Assembly (NCBI GenBank): GCA_050011565.1
Contig: JBEKIW010000001.1
Span: 576,001 to 640,000, forward strand
From: Dehalococcoidia bacterium
GTDB taxonomy: Bacteria > Chloroflexota > Dehalococcoidia > GIF9 > UBA5629
Reading direction: 5' to 3'
Length of the DNA stretch: 64,000 nucleotides
The notes under the pieces were generated by a model. It had not been told where the DNA came from, ran no database searches, and saw only the letters and a program-made list of their open reading frames with translations. The position numbers were made by a program, and so were the translations under genes. The first letter of the stretch is position 1. Each line of letters starts with the position of its first letter. Positions 49,185-59,488 of the stretch are shown piece after piece.

Positions 49185-49886
49185 ATGACCAAAACCGAGA
49201 TATTAAAGCAAGCCAGAAAAGAGAACAGGACACAATTAACGGAGGTCGAGTCTAAAGAACTTATTAAAGAAGCTGGAATACCTGTCGTTGAAGCCAAGCT
49301 GGCTCAAACAAAGACTGAAGCAATTTCTTTGAGCAAAAAGATGGGCTTCCCCGTAGCGATGAAAATAGTCTCACCTGACGTTATTCATAAGAGCGATTCC
49401 GGCGGCGTTGAATTAGGCTTGACTAATGCGGCTCAGGTAGGCGAGGCTTACGTCAAAATCCTATCTGCTATTAAGAAGCACTACCCAAAGGCGAAAATAC
49501 AGGGTGTATCTGTGCAGAAAATGGCACGTCCCGGGGTAGAAGTCATCGTAGGTATGACCAAGGATGCACAATTCGGGCCGGTGTTAATGTTTGGGCTGGG
49601 CGGGATACTGGTTGAAGTATTGAAAGATGTCGCTTTTCGTATAGTCCCGCTGACCAAGAGGGATGCCCACGAGATGATAAAGGATATAAAAGGTTATCCG
49701 GTGCTCGAGGGTTATAGAGGTCATGAACCCGCGGATATTGCTTTTCTAGAGGATTTGATACTAAAGGTTTCCGATTTCGTTGATAAGAATCCCGAAATAA
49801 AAGAGCTTGACCTTAATCCGGTTTTCGCTTATAAGAACAGGGCAGTGGCGGTTGATGCCAGGGTGATTTTAGAGCCTGCTTCGTAA
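49185..49886 (+). CDS. ADP-forming acyl-CoA synthetase beta subunit (ATP-grasp)
   Basis: LTEVESK, GFPVAMKIVSP..HKSD.GGV, FGPVLMFGLGG..VE, ELDLNPV, VDAR. Confidence 0.9.
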   Translation: MTKTEILKQARKENRTQLTEVESKELIKEAGIPVVEAKLAQTKTEAISLSKKMGFPVAMKIVSPDVIHKSDSGGVELGLTNAAQVGEAYVKILSAIKKHYPKAKIQGVSVQKMARPGVEVIVGMTKDAQFGPVLMFGLGGILVEVLKDVAFRIVPLTKRDAHEMIKDIKGYPVLEGYRGHEPADIAFLEDLILKVSDFVDKNPEIKELDLNPVFAYKNRAVAVDARVILEPAS

Positions 49887-49996
49887 TAGCAGATGTTCGT
49901 TAATTCTCTTACCACTCTCGGTTCCTTCGTGCAACATTTCGCAGAAGTCAGTCCCCATCTATGGGTCCCTAATATCAAACAATCACGATACTTGGC

Positions 49997-50025
49997 TTGA
50001 CACCAAATCTTGACATTGTTAGTAT
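49997..50025 (+). promoter_or_regulatory. Promoter of tRNA-Ala
   Basis: TTGACA-17 nt-TAGTAT with extended TG, 11 nt before the tRNA. Confidence 0.55.
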
Positions 50026-50036
50026 TGGTTTCACAA

Positions 50037-50112
50037 GGGGATATAGCTCAATAGGGAGAGCGCCGCGTTCGCATCGCGGAGGTCGGGGGTTCGAATCCCC
50101 CTATCTCCACCA
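50037..50112 (+). tRNA. tRNA-Ala (anticodon CGC)
   Basis: 76 nt, G3:U70 pair, ccgcg-ttCGCat-cgcgg anticodon arm, GTTCGAATC, CCA end. Confidence 0.96.
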
Positions 50113-50339
50113 AATATGATTGTAAGAACCTAAAAATCCCCAGCGCTATCCTTAAATTTTACGATTTTGTAACTATTGTGTATCCGATTTTATAACTTTT
50201 CCACGGTTAAGCCGCTAGAATGAGCATATTATTCAAATCAGTTGTATAATCTATAATTGTGACTATTTTGACGACGCCCTTTTGCCTGCCGTTAGAGATT
50301 TGTTCCGAAACTAAATCCACATCTAAAAGGAGTATATAA

Positions 50340-51476
50340 ATGTTCAGAGGTGGCATACCAATAGGAAAAGCATTCGGTATATCTCTCAGGCTGCATTATT
50401 CCTGGTTTTTCATTTTTGCTCTGGTAACATGGTCGTTGGCTGCAGTTTATTTCCCAGCCACTCATCCAGAATGGAGTTTGTCACTGAAAATAGGGGCTGG
50501 TCTACTAGCGAGCCTCCTGTTCTTCGGCTCGGTGTTGTTTCATGAGCTTATGCACAGCCTGGTCTCCATACGCCAGGGTACGCAAATCCAGTCCATAACT
50601 CTATTCTTTTTGGGCGGCGTCTCAGAGATGACCGGAGAACCTAAAACAGCCGGTGACGAGTTCCGTATGGCGGCTGCCGGTCCATTCAGCAGTCTCGTCC
50701 TTGGCGGCCTGTTTCTGGGGATTTATTTCGCATTGCGCAGTGCCACCAGCGAAGCCGCCCAATTCGGAGCCGCCATTTCCTTCTATCTCGGATTAATTAA
50801 TATACTGCTTGGCGTCTTTAATTTGATACCCGGCTTTCCATTGGACGGCGGGCGCGTACTCAGGTCATTGATATGGTGGCGAAGCCGAAATTTGCAGAGC
50901 GCTACTAAAATTGCGTCAAACATCGGCCGTGTCATTGGGTTCCTGTTCATTTTTGGCGGCATATGGCTCGCTTTCACGGGTAACTTATTCAATGGTATCT
51001 GGTTGGTACTTATAGGGTGGTTTTTGGAGACCGCTGCCAGCGGTAGTTACAGACAGATGTTGCTTCAAGATATGCTCAAAGGACATACTGCCAGCGAAGT
51101 TATGTCGCGAGACTGCATGGTGGTACCACCGGATATCACTGTTGAGCGCCTGGTAAATGAGCATATATTGAGTTCAGGCAGGCGCTGCTTCCCTGTGGTC
51201 TCAGGAGGTCATACCGAAGGCCTCGTGACATTAGGTAATGTAAGGTCGATTCCCCGTGATGCCCGGAAGACAACACTGGTTAGAGAGGCCATGACCCCAC
51301 TCAGCCAGGTGAAATCAGTGTCACCGAACGAAGACCTGGGTAATATTCTGCAGATTTTATCTGAAAACGATATCAACCAGGTTCCGGTTGTCTGGGAAAA
51401 TAAAGTGGTGGGTATCGTAGCCCGGGATAACCTGATTAACTTCATCAATACCAGAAATGAACTTCAGCGTGGCTGA
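50340..51476 (+). CDS. Site-2 protease (M50) with tandem CBS domains
   Basis: HELMH, AAAGP, FNLIPGFPLDGGR, C-terminal CBS pair. Confidence 0.93.
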   Translation: MFRGGIPIGKAFGISLRLHYSWFFIFALVTWSLAAVYFPATHPEWSLSLKIGAGLLASLLFFGSVLFHELMHSLVSIRQGTQIQSITLFFLGGVSEMTGEPKTAGDEFRMAAAGPFSSLVLGGLFLGIYFALRSATSEAAQFGAAISFYLGLINILLGVFNLIPGFPLDGGRVLRSLIWWRSRNLQSATKIASNIGRVIGFLFIFGGIWLAFTGNLFNGIWLVLIGWFLETAASGSYRQMLLQDMLKGHTASEVMSRDCMVVPPDITVERLVNEHILSSGRRCFPVVSGGHTEGLVTLGNVRSIPRDARKTTLVREAMTPLSQVKSVSPNEDLGNILQILSENDINQVPVVWENKVVGIVARDNLINFINTRNELQRG

Positions 51477-51592
51477 GTACTTGACAGCCAAAATAACTTT
51501 TAGTTAAAGTAATATACTTATAGATTGAGGTACCTGTTTGATGCAATGCCTGTCCCTGGACGGGCTTCTATTTTGAGGGAGGTTATAAGAAC

Positions 51593-52516
51593 ATGAGAAG
51601 ATTTAAATTCACTTACTGGTTAACCTGTGTAGCGCTGCTGTCCGCCATGTTTGGCGGATTGTTGCTTCACTCAATAGCTCAAGCGCTACCGGAAACACTT
51701 GCCAAGCCAGCTTCGATAGCACCAAACCAGACATCACCCACTGAGAAAATCACACTCACCTGTCAATATCCATCGATCAGCACCTATGCCGGTTCCTATT
51801 TCTCATATACAGTTGATTTGCAGTACATAGGAGGTAAGGAGCCGCGCGTTTTCGACCTTCAAGCCAAGGTACCGGACGGTTTCACCTCTTCCATTACGCC
51901 AAGCTACGGAAGTAGCTCGCAAATCGCCGCTATCCGTCTAGACCCTTCGAAGACATACCCGGATTCGATTACGGTTACGGCCACACCCTTGTCCTGGCAA
52001 GCGGCACAGCCAGGAGAGTACCCCATAACAGTGGCCGTCAGTTCTGGAGACATCAAAGCCAGCATTAACCTTAAAGCTATAGTAACGGCCAAATATGACC
52101 TGCAACTAAAAACTTCCACCGGATTACTTAATACAAATGCCACATCCGGCGATGATAATTATTTAACTATCTCCGTTATAAATACGGGGACGGCGGACCT
52201 CGAGAAAATTGGATTCAGCTCAAAAACAAGCGCCCCGTCCGGTTGGAGTATCACCTTCGACCCGAAGGAGATTGACATATTGTCGGTAGGTGATACTCGT
52301 GATGTTCAGGTTGACATAAAGCCAGCCAAGAAGTCTATATCCGGAGATTATATGGTTACTATATCGGCTCAGCCACAAGCCAAGAATGCGTTTGGCAGTT
52401 TTGATCTTAGAGTAACTGTGCTAACGCCTACAATTTGGGGTTGGGTAGGTGTCGCCATCGTAGTTCTGGTTATTGCCGGTCTGGCATATATGTTTATGCG
52501 CCTGGGTAGACGCTGA
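51593..52516 (+). CDS. NEW3 (NPCBM-associated) Ig-like exported protein with a C-terminal TM anchor
   Basis: Signal peptide, NTGTADL, P.GWSITFDP..I, GDYMVT, WGWVG TM segment ending GRR. Confidence 0.8.
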   Translation: MRRFKFTYWLTCVALLSAMFGGLLLHSIAQALPETLAKPASIAPNQTSPTEKITLTCQYPSISTYAGSYFSYTVDLQYIGGKEPRVFDLQAKVPDGFTSSITPSYGSSSQIAAIRLDPSKTYPDSITVTATPLSWQAAQPGEYPITVAVSSGDIKASINLKAIVTAKYDLQLKTSTGLLNTNATSGDDNYLTISVINTGTADLEKIGFSSKTSAPSGWSITFDPKEIDILSVGDTRDVQVDIKPAKKSISGDYMVTISAQPQAKNAFGSFDLRVTVLTPTIWGWVGVAIVVLVIAGLAYMFMRLGRR

Positions 52517-52521
52517 ATAAA

Positions 52522-53457
52522 ATGAGAAAACAGGCCGTCATAGAAACCAAAGAGCTGGTTAAAACCTACGGCAAATTTATCGCCGTGGATAAATTAAATC
52601 TACGTGTAGATGAGGGCGAGGTTTTCGGCTTTCTTGGGCCCAACGGCGCCGGTAAGACTACTACACTGCTAATGCTTCTAGGACTTACGGAACCAACTTC
52701 GGGCACGGCTAGTATATGCGGTTTTGATTCTACCAGAGAACCCATCGAAGTAAAGCGTATGACAGGCTATCTGCCGGAAAAGGTCGGTTTCTACGATGAT
52801 TTGACCGCCAGTGAGAATCTGGATTATACGGCAGCATTAAACGGCTTGCCACGAGAAGCAGCATCGAAGAAAATTGATGAATTGCTGAATATGGTGGGGC
52901 TGTCTGAAGTGGTCAAGCATAAGGTTGGTACTTTTTCCCATGGCATGAAACAGCGCCTGGGAATTGCCGATGTCATGATTAAAGACCCTAAGGTAGCTTT
53001 GTTCGATGAGCCGACAGCTGGAATAGACCCTGAGGGAATTGAACGGGTCCTTGAGCTCATCGCTAACATGGCCAGACAGAAAGTAACCGTCGTTCTATCT
53101 TCGCACCAGTTACACCAAGTACAGAAAATTTGTACCAGGGTGGGAATACTATCCAAAGGACATCTGGTAGCTGAAGGGTCCGTGGAAGAGCTTGGTCGGG
53201 AGAAAATCGGCGGTGGCAAGCTAAGGATAGAGGTCCAGGTAGTCGAGCCTACAAGCAAGCTTGTGAAATCGATGAAGAGTATCAAGGGTGTGACCAATGT
53301 GGAAAGTTCTGGCGACCTGCTGCTTATTAGCTGCGATAAAGACCTGAGGCGCCAAATAGCGAAAGTGGCGACCGAATGTGACAGCCTCATAGTTCAAATG
53401 AAGATTGAAGAATATGGTCTGGATGAAATCTACATGAAATATTTTCGTGAGTCTTAG
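52522..53457 (+). CDS. ABC transporter ATP-binding protein
   Basis: GPNGAGKT, FSHGMKQR, DEPT, SSH. Confidence 0.95.
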   Translation: MRKQAVIETKELVKTYGKFIAVDKLNLRVDEGEVFGFLGPNGAGKTTTLLMLLGLTEPTSGTASICGFDSTREPIEVKRMTGYLPEKVGFYDDLTASENLDYTAALNGLPREAASKKIDELLNMVGLSEVVKHKVGTFSHGMKQRLGIADVMIKDPKVALFDEPTAGIDPEGIERVLELIANMARQKVTVVLSSHQLHQVQKICTRVGILSKGHLVAEGSVEELGREKIGGGKLRIEVQVVEPTSKLVKSMKSIKGVTNVESSGDLLLISCDKDLRRQIAKVATECDSLIVQMKIEEYGLDEIYMKYFRES

Positions 53458-53459
53458 CT

Positions 53460-54410
53460 ATGTCCGGATTAGCTGCTGTTTTTTGGAAAGAACTGGCTGA
53501 CCAGTTTAATAGTAAGCGATTTATCATTTTATCTCTGCTGATTTACCTGGCCGGCATAGCTACCATATATGTAGCAGCGCAAAACATTAGGACAGGTATA
53601 ACCGAGAACACTCAATTCATCTTTTTGCGGCTGTTCATCGTCTCCGGCGAAAACTTACCCTTTTCCTTCCCGTTTTTCCTCTCACTGTTCATACCTATAG
53701 TCGGTATAGCTCTGGGCTTTGATGCCATAAACAGCGAGCGAACCAGCGGCAACCTTAGTCGGATTCTGTCACAACCTCTTTACCGGGATTCGGTAGTCAA
53801 TGGAAAATTTCTGGCTGGGCTGGTCACCTTATCTATACTCGTGGCGGGCATAGTCATTCTTGTCGGTGGGATGGGATTGCGCATGATCGGGGTGCCGCCG
53901 ACTGCCGAGGAGATACTCAGGCTTCTTGCCTTCATTTTCGTTAGCATAGTCTACGGCGCTTTTTGGATGGCATTGGCTGTACTATTCTCGGTTTCTTTTA
54001 GGCGGACAGCTACTTCAGCTTTGGCTTCTATAGCCTTGTGGATTTTTGTTTTCCTGTTCGTATCTTTGATTGCCAAAGCTATCGCCGGTGCGGTTATTCC
54101 TATTGACCAAAACTCGAGCTTAGATTTAATAGCCAGGAACGACGAAATTTATCGCACCATAAGTCGCATCTCACCGAGTACTTTGTACGGAGAGACAGTT
54201 CAAGTCTTACTTTTACCGGAGATGGGGAATCCCAGCTCGACGTTAATGTTGCTTAGCATCTACGCCGGTGGTATGACACCGACGCCTCTGCCCTTGGGAC
54301 AAAGCCTGTTACTCGTCTGGCCTCAGTTGACCAGTCTGATTGCATTGACCGCTTTATGCTTTACCGGCTCCTATATCAGGTTTATGCGCGAGGAAATAAG
54401 GGCAACTTAG
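53460..54410 (+). CDS. ABC-2 type permease
   Basis: KELAD, LGFDAINSER, LSQP.YRD.V.NGKF, several TM segments. Confidence 0.9.
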   Translation: MSGLAAVFWKELADQFNSKRFIILSLLIYLAGIATIYVAAQNIRTGITENTQFIFLRLFIVSGENLPFSFPFFLSLFIPIVGIALGFDAINSERTSGNLSRILSQPLYRDSVVNGKFLAGLVTLSILVAGIVILVGGMGLRMIGVPPTAEEILRLLAFIFVSIVYGAFWMALAVLFSVSFRRTATSALASIALWIFVFLFVSLIAKAIAGAVIPIDQNSSLDLIARNDEIYRTISRISPSTLYGETVQVLLLPEMGNPSSTLMLLSIYAGGMTPTPLPLGQSLLLVWPQLTSLIALTALCFTGSYIRFMREEIRAT

Positions 54411-54467
54411 AGCCATCATGCCAGCCAAAACCGCACTTTGGCTACTCTTCTCTGCAGGAACGCAAAG

Positions 54468-55091
54468 ATGATTTTGAAAACCCTGGTTGTCGGCCCTTTC
54501 GCCAGTAATTGTTACATCGTAGGCTCGGAGTCCAGCAAGCACGGAATAATTATCGACCCGGGTGCCGAAGCCAAGCTGATTCTAAGCACTGTAAATGATT
54601 TGGGCATGACAGTATCTCTTATTTTGGTTACCCACACGCACATCGACCATATTGGCGCATTAGCACCGGTTAAAGAAGGTACTGGAGCCAAGTTCGCCAT
54701 TCATGAGGCTGAAGCAACAGCCGGCCTGGGCATGTTTTCCAGGATGCTATCATCCATGAGCGGAGGTTCTTTTAATCAACCGCCTAAGCCGGACAGGTTA
54801 CTGAAGGATGGGGATACTATAGACATAGATGATTTAAGCTTTACCGTTTTGCACACACCGGGGCATAGCCCGGGAGGTATCAGCCTCTATGGTCATGGAA
54901 TTCTTTTCAGCGGCGATACACTGTTTAACTGCGGTATCGGCAGGACTGATTTTCCCGGCTGCAGCTACGAACAAATAATGGACAGCATCAAGAATAAGCT
55001 TATGACCCTGCCGGATGAGACGATTGTCTATCCCGGCCATGGTCCCGCGACTACCATCGGAAAAGAAAAAAGGGGCAATCCGTTTTTATGA
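54468..55091 (+). CDS. MBL-fold metallo-hydrolase (glyoxalase II-like)
   Basis: THTHIDHIG, HTPGHSPG, SGDTLF, GRTD, PGHG. Confidence 0.93.
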   Translation: MILKTLVVGPFASNCYIVGSESSKHGIIIDPGAEAKLILSTVNDLGMTVSLILVTHTHIDHIGALAPVKEGTGAKFAIHEAEATAGLGMFSRMLSSMSGGSFNQPPKPDRLLKDGDTIDIDDLSFTVLHTPGHSPGGISLYGHGILFSGDTLFNCGIGRTDFPGCSYEQIMDSIKNKLMTLPDETIVYPGHGPATTIGKEKRGNPFL

Positions 55092-55147
55092 TTGCCCCTT
55101 TTACTCCTTTTTCTATCTTTGTCTATAGTCTTCGCAATCGCTCGTCA

Positions 55148-57280
55148 TCAAATGAACAACGGGCACATCACCAACGTGATAGTGGCGAGCAGTTTAACCA
55201 GGACATGCAATGAAGGCCCCGCTGTATCCTTAAGCGGGTCACCGACGGTGTCACCGACAACAGCCGCAGCATGAGTGAAAGAACCCTTGCCTATTACATT
55301 GCCTTTCTCATCCTTAAGTTGGCCGTCTTCGATCATCTTTTTGGCGTTGTCCCAGGCACCGCCGCCGTTGTTCATGTATGAAGCCAGCATAATGCCTGCG
55401 ATGGTGCCGACCATAAGCAGTGCGGCTACCACCATAGCGGCATCAAAACCTAGCCACTTGAAAAGCAGCCCGACAACTACCGGTGCCAGCACCGGCAAAA
55501 GTCCGGGAGCAATCATCTCCCGTAGTGCGGCACGAGCCGTAATGTCAACTGCAGCGGCATAATCCGGCCGTGAGGTGCCAGCCATAATGCCGGGGTCAGC
55601 TTGGAATTGCCGTCGCACTTCCTGAATAATCTTGGCTGCGGTTTTGCCGACAGCCTTTATTGCCCAGGAGCTAAACAAATATACCAGCATTACTGCCAGT
55701 AGAGCGCCGACAAAGACCTCTATCTTGGCAATGTCCACAACGGCATATTTTCCTTCGACACCAAACTTGAGGAATGAGACTCTGTTCAGATATGCCTGGA
55801 ATAGCAAGAAAGCTGCCAGTCCGGCGGAAACCATGGCATATCCCTTGGTCAACGCCTTGGTAGTATTTCCAACGGCATCTAGACGGTCCGTAATCTTGCG
55901 TACGTCTTTACCGGCGCCAGCCATCTCATTGATACCATTAGCATTATCGGTTATAGGACCGAAGGTATCCATTGATAGCACGTAGGGGCAGGTCATTAAC
56001 ATGCCCATGGTAGCTACTGCGGTGCCGAAAGCACCGGCGCCTGGAACACCGCTAAGGGTGCCCATCCAGTAAGACAACAAAAGTGCCGCACCGATTATTA
56101 CAGCCGTCGCCAGCGTTGTTTCATAACCTACAGCCATGCCAATAACGATATTGGTTGCTGGGCCGGTTTTGGATGCTTCGGCGATTTCCTTCACCGGCTT
56201 GTATCGAGATTCAGTATAGTATTGAGTAACATATATGATGGCGACACTGGTAATAATGCCCACTACGCCGGCACCGAAAAGCCACCAGTTACCCAGCATA
56301 AAATGTACTGTCACGGCCATGCCAATGATTGATAGTGCAATGGCTACAAAGTATCCGCGGTTCAAGGCGTTCATGGCGTTTTCGTTTTCTTTAGCTCGGA
56401 CAATTAACAGTCCTACCATACTAGCAATCAGACCAAAAGCGCGAACGACTAATGGGAAAAGAATCCAGGCGATATTATGAGTGACAACATATGCCACGAC
56501 TCCCAGGATCATAGCACCGATGTTTTCAGCGGCTGTTGATTCAAATAAGTCGGCACCACGGCCGGCACAGTCACCGACGTTGTCACCGACTAAGTCGGCA
56601 ATAACCGCGGCATTGCGGGGGTCATCCTCCGGAATGCCGGCTTCCACTTTGCCCACCAGGTCGGCACCCATGTCAGCCGCTTTGGTATAAATTCCGCCGC
56701 CAAGCTGAGCAAAAAGGGCAACAAAACTGGCGCCAAATCCAAAACCGACAATAAGATGAGGGGCAATCTCAGGCTTACTGCCCCCGCCGAAGGCAAAGAA
56801 AATGGCGGTAACTCCAATTAAGCTAAGCGCCGTAATGAGGAATCCGGAGACAGCTCCACCCCTGAGAGCGACGGTAACCGCTTCAGTTAGACTCTTTTGA
56901 GCTCCGGCAGCGCAGCGAACGTTAGACTTGACCGCAATATACATACCTACAAAACCGGAAACACCGGAACAGAGAGCACCGACCAAAAAGGCAACTGCTG
57001 TTCGCCAGCCTATACCGAAGGGAGTCATTCCTTCGATCCCCCTCTGCCCACCCAGCAACGCTACAAGTACACCAATGACAATCGCCACCACTAGCGCTAA
57101 GATACCGATGGTACTATACTGCCTTTTTAAAAACGCCCAAGCGCCTTCAAAAATCATATCGCCGATTTCTTTCATCTTTGGCGTTCCAGCGTCGCGTCGT
57201 AGCACGTTTCTAGCTAGGAGCGCGGCGAAAATCACCGTTACTAACGCGGCTATCGGAACTATCCAGAAAATACCAGGCAT
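55148..57280 (-). CDS. hppA: Membrane-bound proton-translocating pyrophosphatase, K+-independent type
   Basis: GGGIYTKAADMGADLVGKVEAGIPEDDPRN, DNVGD, GNTTKA (Lys form), GDTVGDPLKDT. Confidence 0.95.
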   Translation of the reverse strand: MPGIFWIVPIAALVTVIFAALLARNVLRRDAGTPKMKEIGDMIFEGAWAFLKRQYSTIGILALVVAIVIGVLVALLGGQRGIEGMTPFGIGWRTAVAFLVGALCSGVSGFVGMYIAVKSNVRCAAGAQKSLTEAVTVALRGGAVSGFLITALSLIGVTAIFFAFGGGSKPEIAPHLIVGFGFGASFVALFAQLGGGIYTKAADMGADLVGKVEAGIPEDDPRNAAVIADLVGDNVGDCAGRGADLFESTAAENIGAMILGVVAYVVTHNIAWILFPLVVRAFGLIASMVGLLIVRAKENENAMNALNRGYFVAIALSIIGMAVTVHFMLGNWWLFGAGVVGIITSVAIIYVTQYYTESRYKPVKEIAEASKTGPATNIVIGMAVGYETTLATAVIIGAALLLSYWMGTLSGVPGAGAFGTAVATMGMLMTCPYVLSMDTFGPITDNANGINEMAGAGKDVRKITDRLDAVGNTTKALTKGYAMVSAGLAAFLLFQAYLNRVSFLKFGVEGKYAVVDIAKIEVFVGALLAVMLVYLFSSWAIKAVGKTAAKIIQEVRRQFQADPGIMAGTSRPDYAAAVDITARAALREMIAPGLLPVLAPVVVGLLFKWLGFDAAMVVAALLMVGTIAGIMLASYMNNGGGAWDNAKKMIEDGQLKDEKGNVIGKGSFTHAAAVVGDTVGDPLKDTAGPSLHVLVKLLATITLVMCPLFI

Positions 57281-57453
57281 TTCACCTCCTTATGATTAAT
57301 ATTTGGTTTGCGCGAGCTGATTTGCGAATAACCACCAGGTTTCAGATTCTATCGTCTTTGGCTGGCAGAGTCAAGGTTATTTGGTGTTAAATATGATTGT
57401 ACTTTGGTACAGACATGTTCACTATAAAAAACATGCGGGACACGATTACCAAG

Positions 57454-58107
57454 TCACCTTTTCTTTTTCGCAGTCCGCTCTAATTTTTCTTCCAACTCCT
57501 GTTGTCTCAGAGCCAGAGTCAAGTCACCGCGGGTCCTCTCCAGAATCCCACGTATGGCGTCACTGGTCCGCCGTAAACCGTAAGTAATACCATCTGGAAA
57601 GTCCATGGTCATGAGGACACTATATATGTCATCCATTGTGCTAAGCAATTCCTCGCATCTGGAGAGGTCGTTCCGCCTTAAGCTGTCCAGGATATAACGC
57701 CGCAGTTCACCTACTGCCTCACCTAATCCGTTTAAGTAAGCCGGGTAGCTAACTCCAAGCGCTTCCGGCTCAGGAAGTGGCTTGCTCGAAACGATGGCCA
57801 GAGTGCAACTTGCTTCAGCCAATTCCTTTTGAGCGTCATGCACGAAGCCGGCGTAAGCCAGGTCATTATTCTTCTTGAGAACATCATCAGCCAGTTCTTT
57901 GAGTAAAGCTTGAGCCGAGGCTAATAGTTGCTCGGCGTTTACTTTTTCCTGACGATGGATAGCACGAATAGTAGTGGCGCTGTAACGTATTATCTCACGG
58001 CTGAGACGCAGTGCCTTTTCTCGTGCTGCATCTTTGGCGGAGAAATAAAGACGGATTTTCTCAGCCAGGGTTTCAAGATTTTTGGTGACTTTTAGCTTCC
58101 TTTTCAA
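57454..58107 (-). CDS. Translin/TRAX (C3PO-like) family protein; likely start GTG 58089
   Basis: RE..L..SR.I...S...I..IH, QKELAEA, YLNGLGEAVGELRR, LRR..D..R..LE. Confidence 0.8.
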   Translation of the reverse strand: MKRKLKVTKNLETLAEKIRLYFSAKDAAREKALRLSREIIRYSATTIRAIHRQEKVNAEQLLASAQALLKELADDVLKKNNDLAYAGFVHDAQKELAEASCTLAIVSSKPLPEPEALGVSYPAYLNGLGEAVGELRRYILDSLRRNDLSRCEELLSTMDDIYSVLMTMDFPDGITYGLRRTSDAIRGILERTRGDLTLALRQQELEEKLERTAKKKR

Positions 58108-59134
58108 TTTCCTTGACCAGTTGGCGTGCTGCCGATTGCATATCTTTTTGATTCAATACAGCACTGATAACCGCTGCGGCATCGGCTCCGGCAGCCATTA
58201 CTTCACCGATATTTTGCCTGCTTATGCCACCTATAGCAACTATGGGGATAGATATAGCCTTCCTGATTTGGCGTAGACGTTCAAGCCCAACCACCGTAGC
58301 TTTCGGTTTGGTCGGAGAAGGGAATATGGAGCCTACGGCCACATAGTCGACTCCTTCAGATTCTGCTTTCCGTGCTAGAGCCATAGTAGATGTGGACAAG
58401 CCAATGACCTTATCGACCGGTAACTCCTTTCGTATCACAGATAGGGGAAGGTCTTCCTGACCGATGTGTATACCATCTGCCTCTGATGCCAGGGCTATAT
58501 CAAGATAGTCATTGACTATGAAAAGGACATTAGAATGGCGACACAAATCAGTCAGCTTCTTAGCTATGGTTAGGAGATCACCTTTGGAGTGCTGCTTATC
58601 ACGTAGCTGAATAACTTTAGCTCCGCCATCTATAGCTTTTCGGGCGGCATCTACCTCACCTCTTAAACCCAGCGTCTGAGTATCAATGATAACGTAAAGC
58701 CCGTGGAGCTGGTCTATTTTCTGCCGGCGTGTCAGCCGGGAGAGGAGCTCCCGCTGCAGCGTGTAAAGATTAAACCGCGCTGTCTCGAAGTCCTTTGAGT
58801 GCAATGCTGAACTTAAGTCTGGAAGCTTACTAAGCTCTTCTACGACCCGTAACGCCTCTTCTACTCTCCTGGCATTAGCGGTGACCAGCGATAACAGGTC
58901 CTGCCGATGGCTGATTTCTGTGTCGATTCCAACGTCAGTCTCTGAGTTCCTCTCAGATATCAGAGCCGGCCCGAATTGGCTCAGGGTCTTGACCAGATGA
59001 TGCCGCATCGCCTTCAATTGACGAGTCAAATCAGCATCATCAAGCAGAAATCGAGCCACATCTTCGAGGAAACGTAGCCCTTCACCGATGCGATTGCAGT
59101 TGGCGTCAATGATACGAAGCGTCTGGCGAGGCAC
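58073..59134 (-). CDS. thiE: Thiamine-phosphate synthase with N-terminal ThiD2-like domain
   Basis: RIIDANCNRIGEGLR..ED N-terminal domain; QLRDK, VNDY.D, HIGQED, SPTK, AIGGI. Confidence 0.9.
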   Translation of the reverse strand: MPRQTLRIIDANCNRIGEGLRFLEDVARFLLDDADLTRQLKAMRHHLVKTLSQFGPALISERNSETDVGIDTEISHRQDLLSLVTANARRVEEALRVVEELSKLPDLSSALHSKDFETARFNLYTLQRELLSRLTRRQKIDQLHGLYVIIDTQTLGLRGEVDAARKAIDGGAKVIQLRDKQHSKGDLLTIAKKLTDLCRHSNVLFIVNDYLDIALASEADGIHIGQEDLPLSVIRKELPVDKVIGLSTSTMALARKAESEGVDYVAVGSIFPSPTKPKATVVGLERLRQIRKAISIPIVAIGGISRQNIGEVMAAGADAAAVISAVLNQKDMQSAARQLVKEIEKEAKSHQKS

Positions 59135-59477
59135 TTTGCAGGTCCTTTACCGGTTCGGGTAGTTCACCTTCTCTGGCAGCCTGAATTTTCTGTTGAATTT
59201 CACTGGGCATCTCCATACCCATATCCTGGAACTTATTCTCCGCCCATCTGCCGATATTTCTTGGGTCTTTGTAGTAGTCAGGGCTTTCAAACTTACCCGG
59301 TTCGCCGCTCTCTTCATGTATGGTCTTGAGTGATTTATGATAGGCAAATGTGGTAATAACACGGGCTACTTCAGTACTGCCGCAGATTGAGCACTTGGGC
59401 TCAAAAGAGGAAGCACTCCTTACCAGAAAACTGCTTTTTTTACGGCACGCGGAACAGAAAAACTCATAAACAGGCAT
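59106..59477 (-). CDS. FmdB-family zinc-ribbon protein
   Basis: MPVYEFFC..C, C..CGS, DPR. Confidence 0.85.
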   Translation of the reverse strand: MPVYEFFCSACRKKSSFLVRSASSFEPKCSICGSTEVARVITTFAYHKSLKTIHEESGEPGKFESPDYYKDPRNIGRWAENKFQDMGMEMPSEIQQKIQAAREGELPEPVKDLQSASPDASYH

Positions 59478-59488
59478 ATCGTCAAACC

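Noticed and set aside
41232-50340. Integrated element at tRNA-Glu or tRNA-Ala
   Set aside because: No integrase and no duplicated tRNA 3' end were seen; the neighbours are ordinary genes
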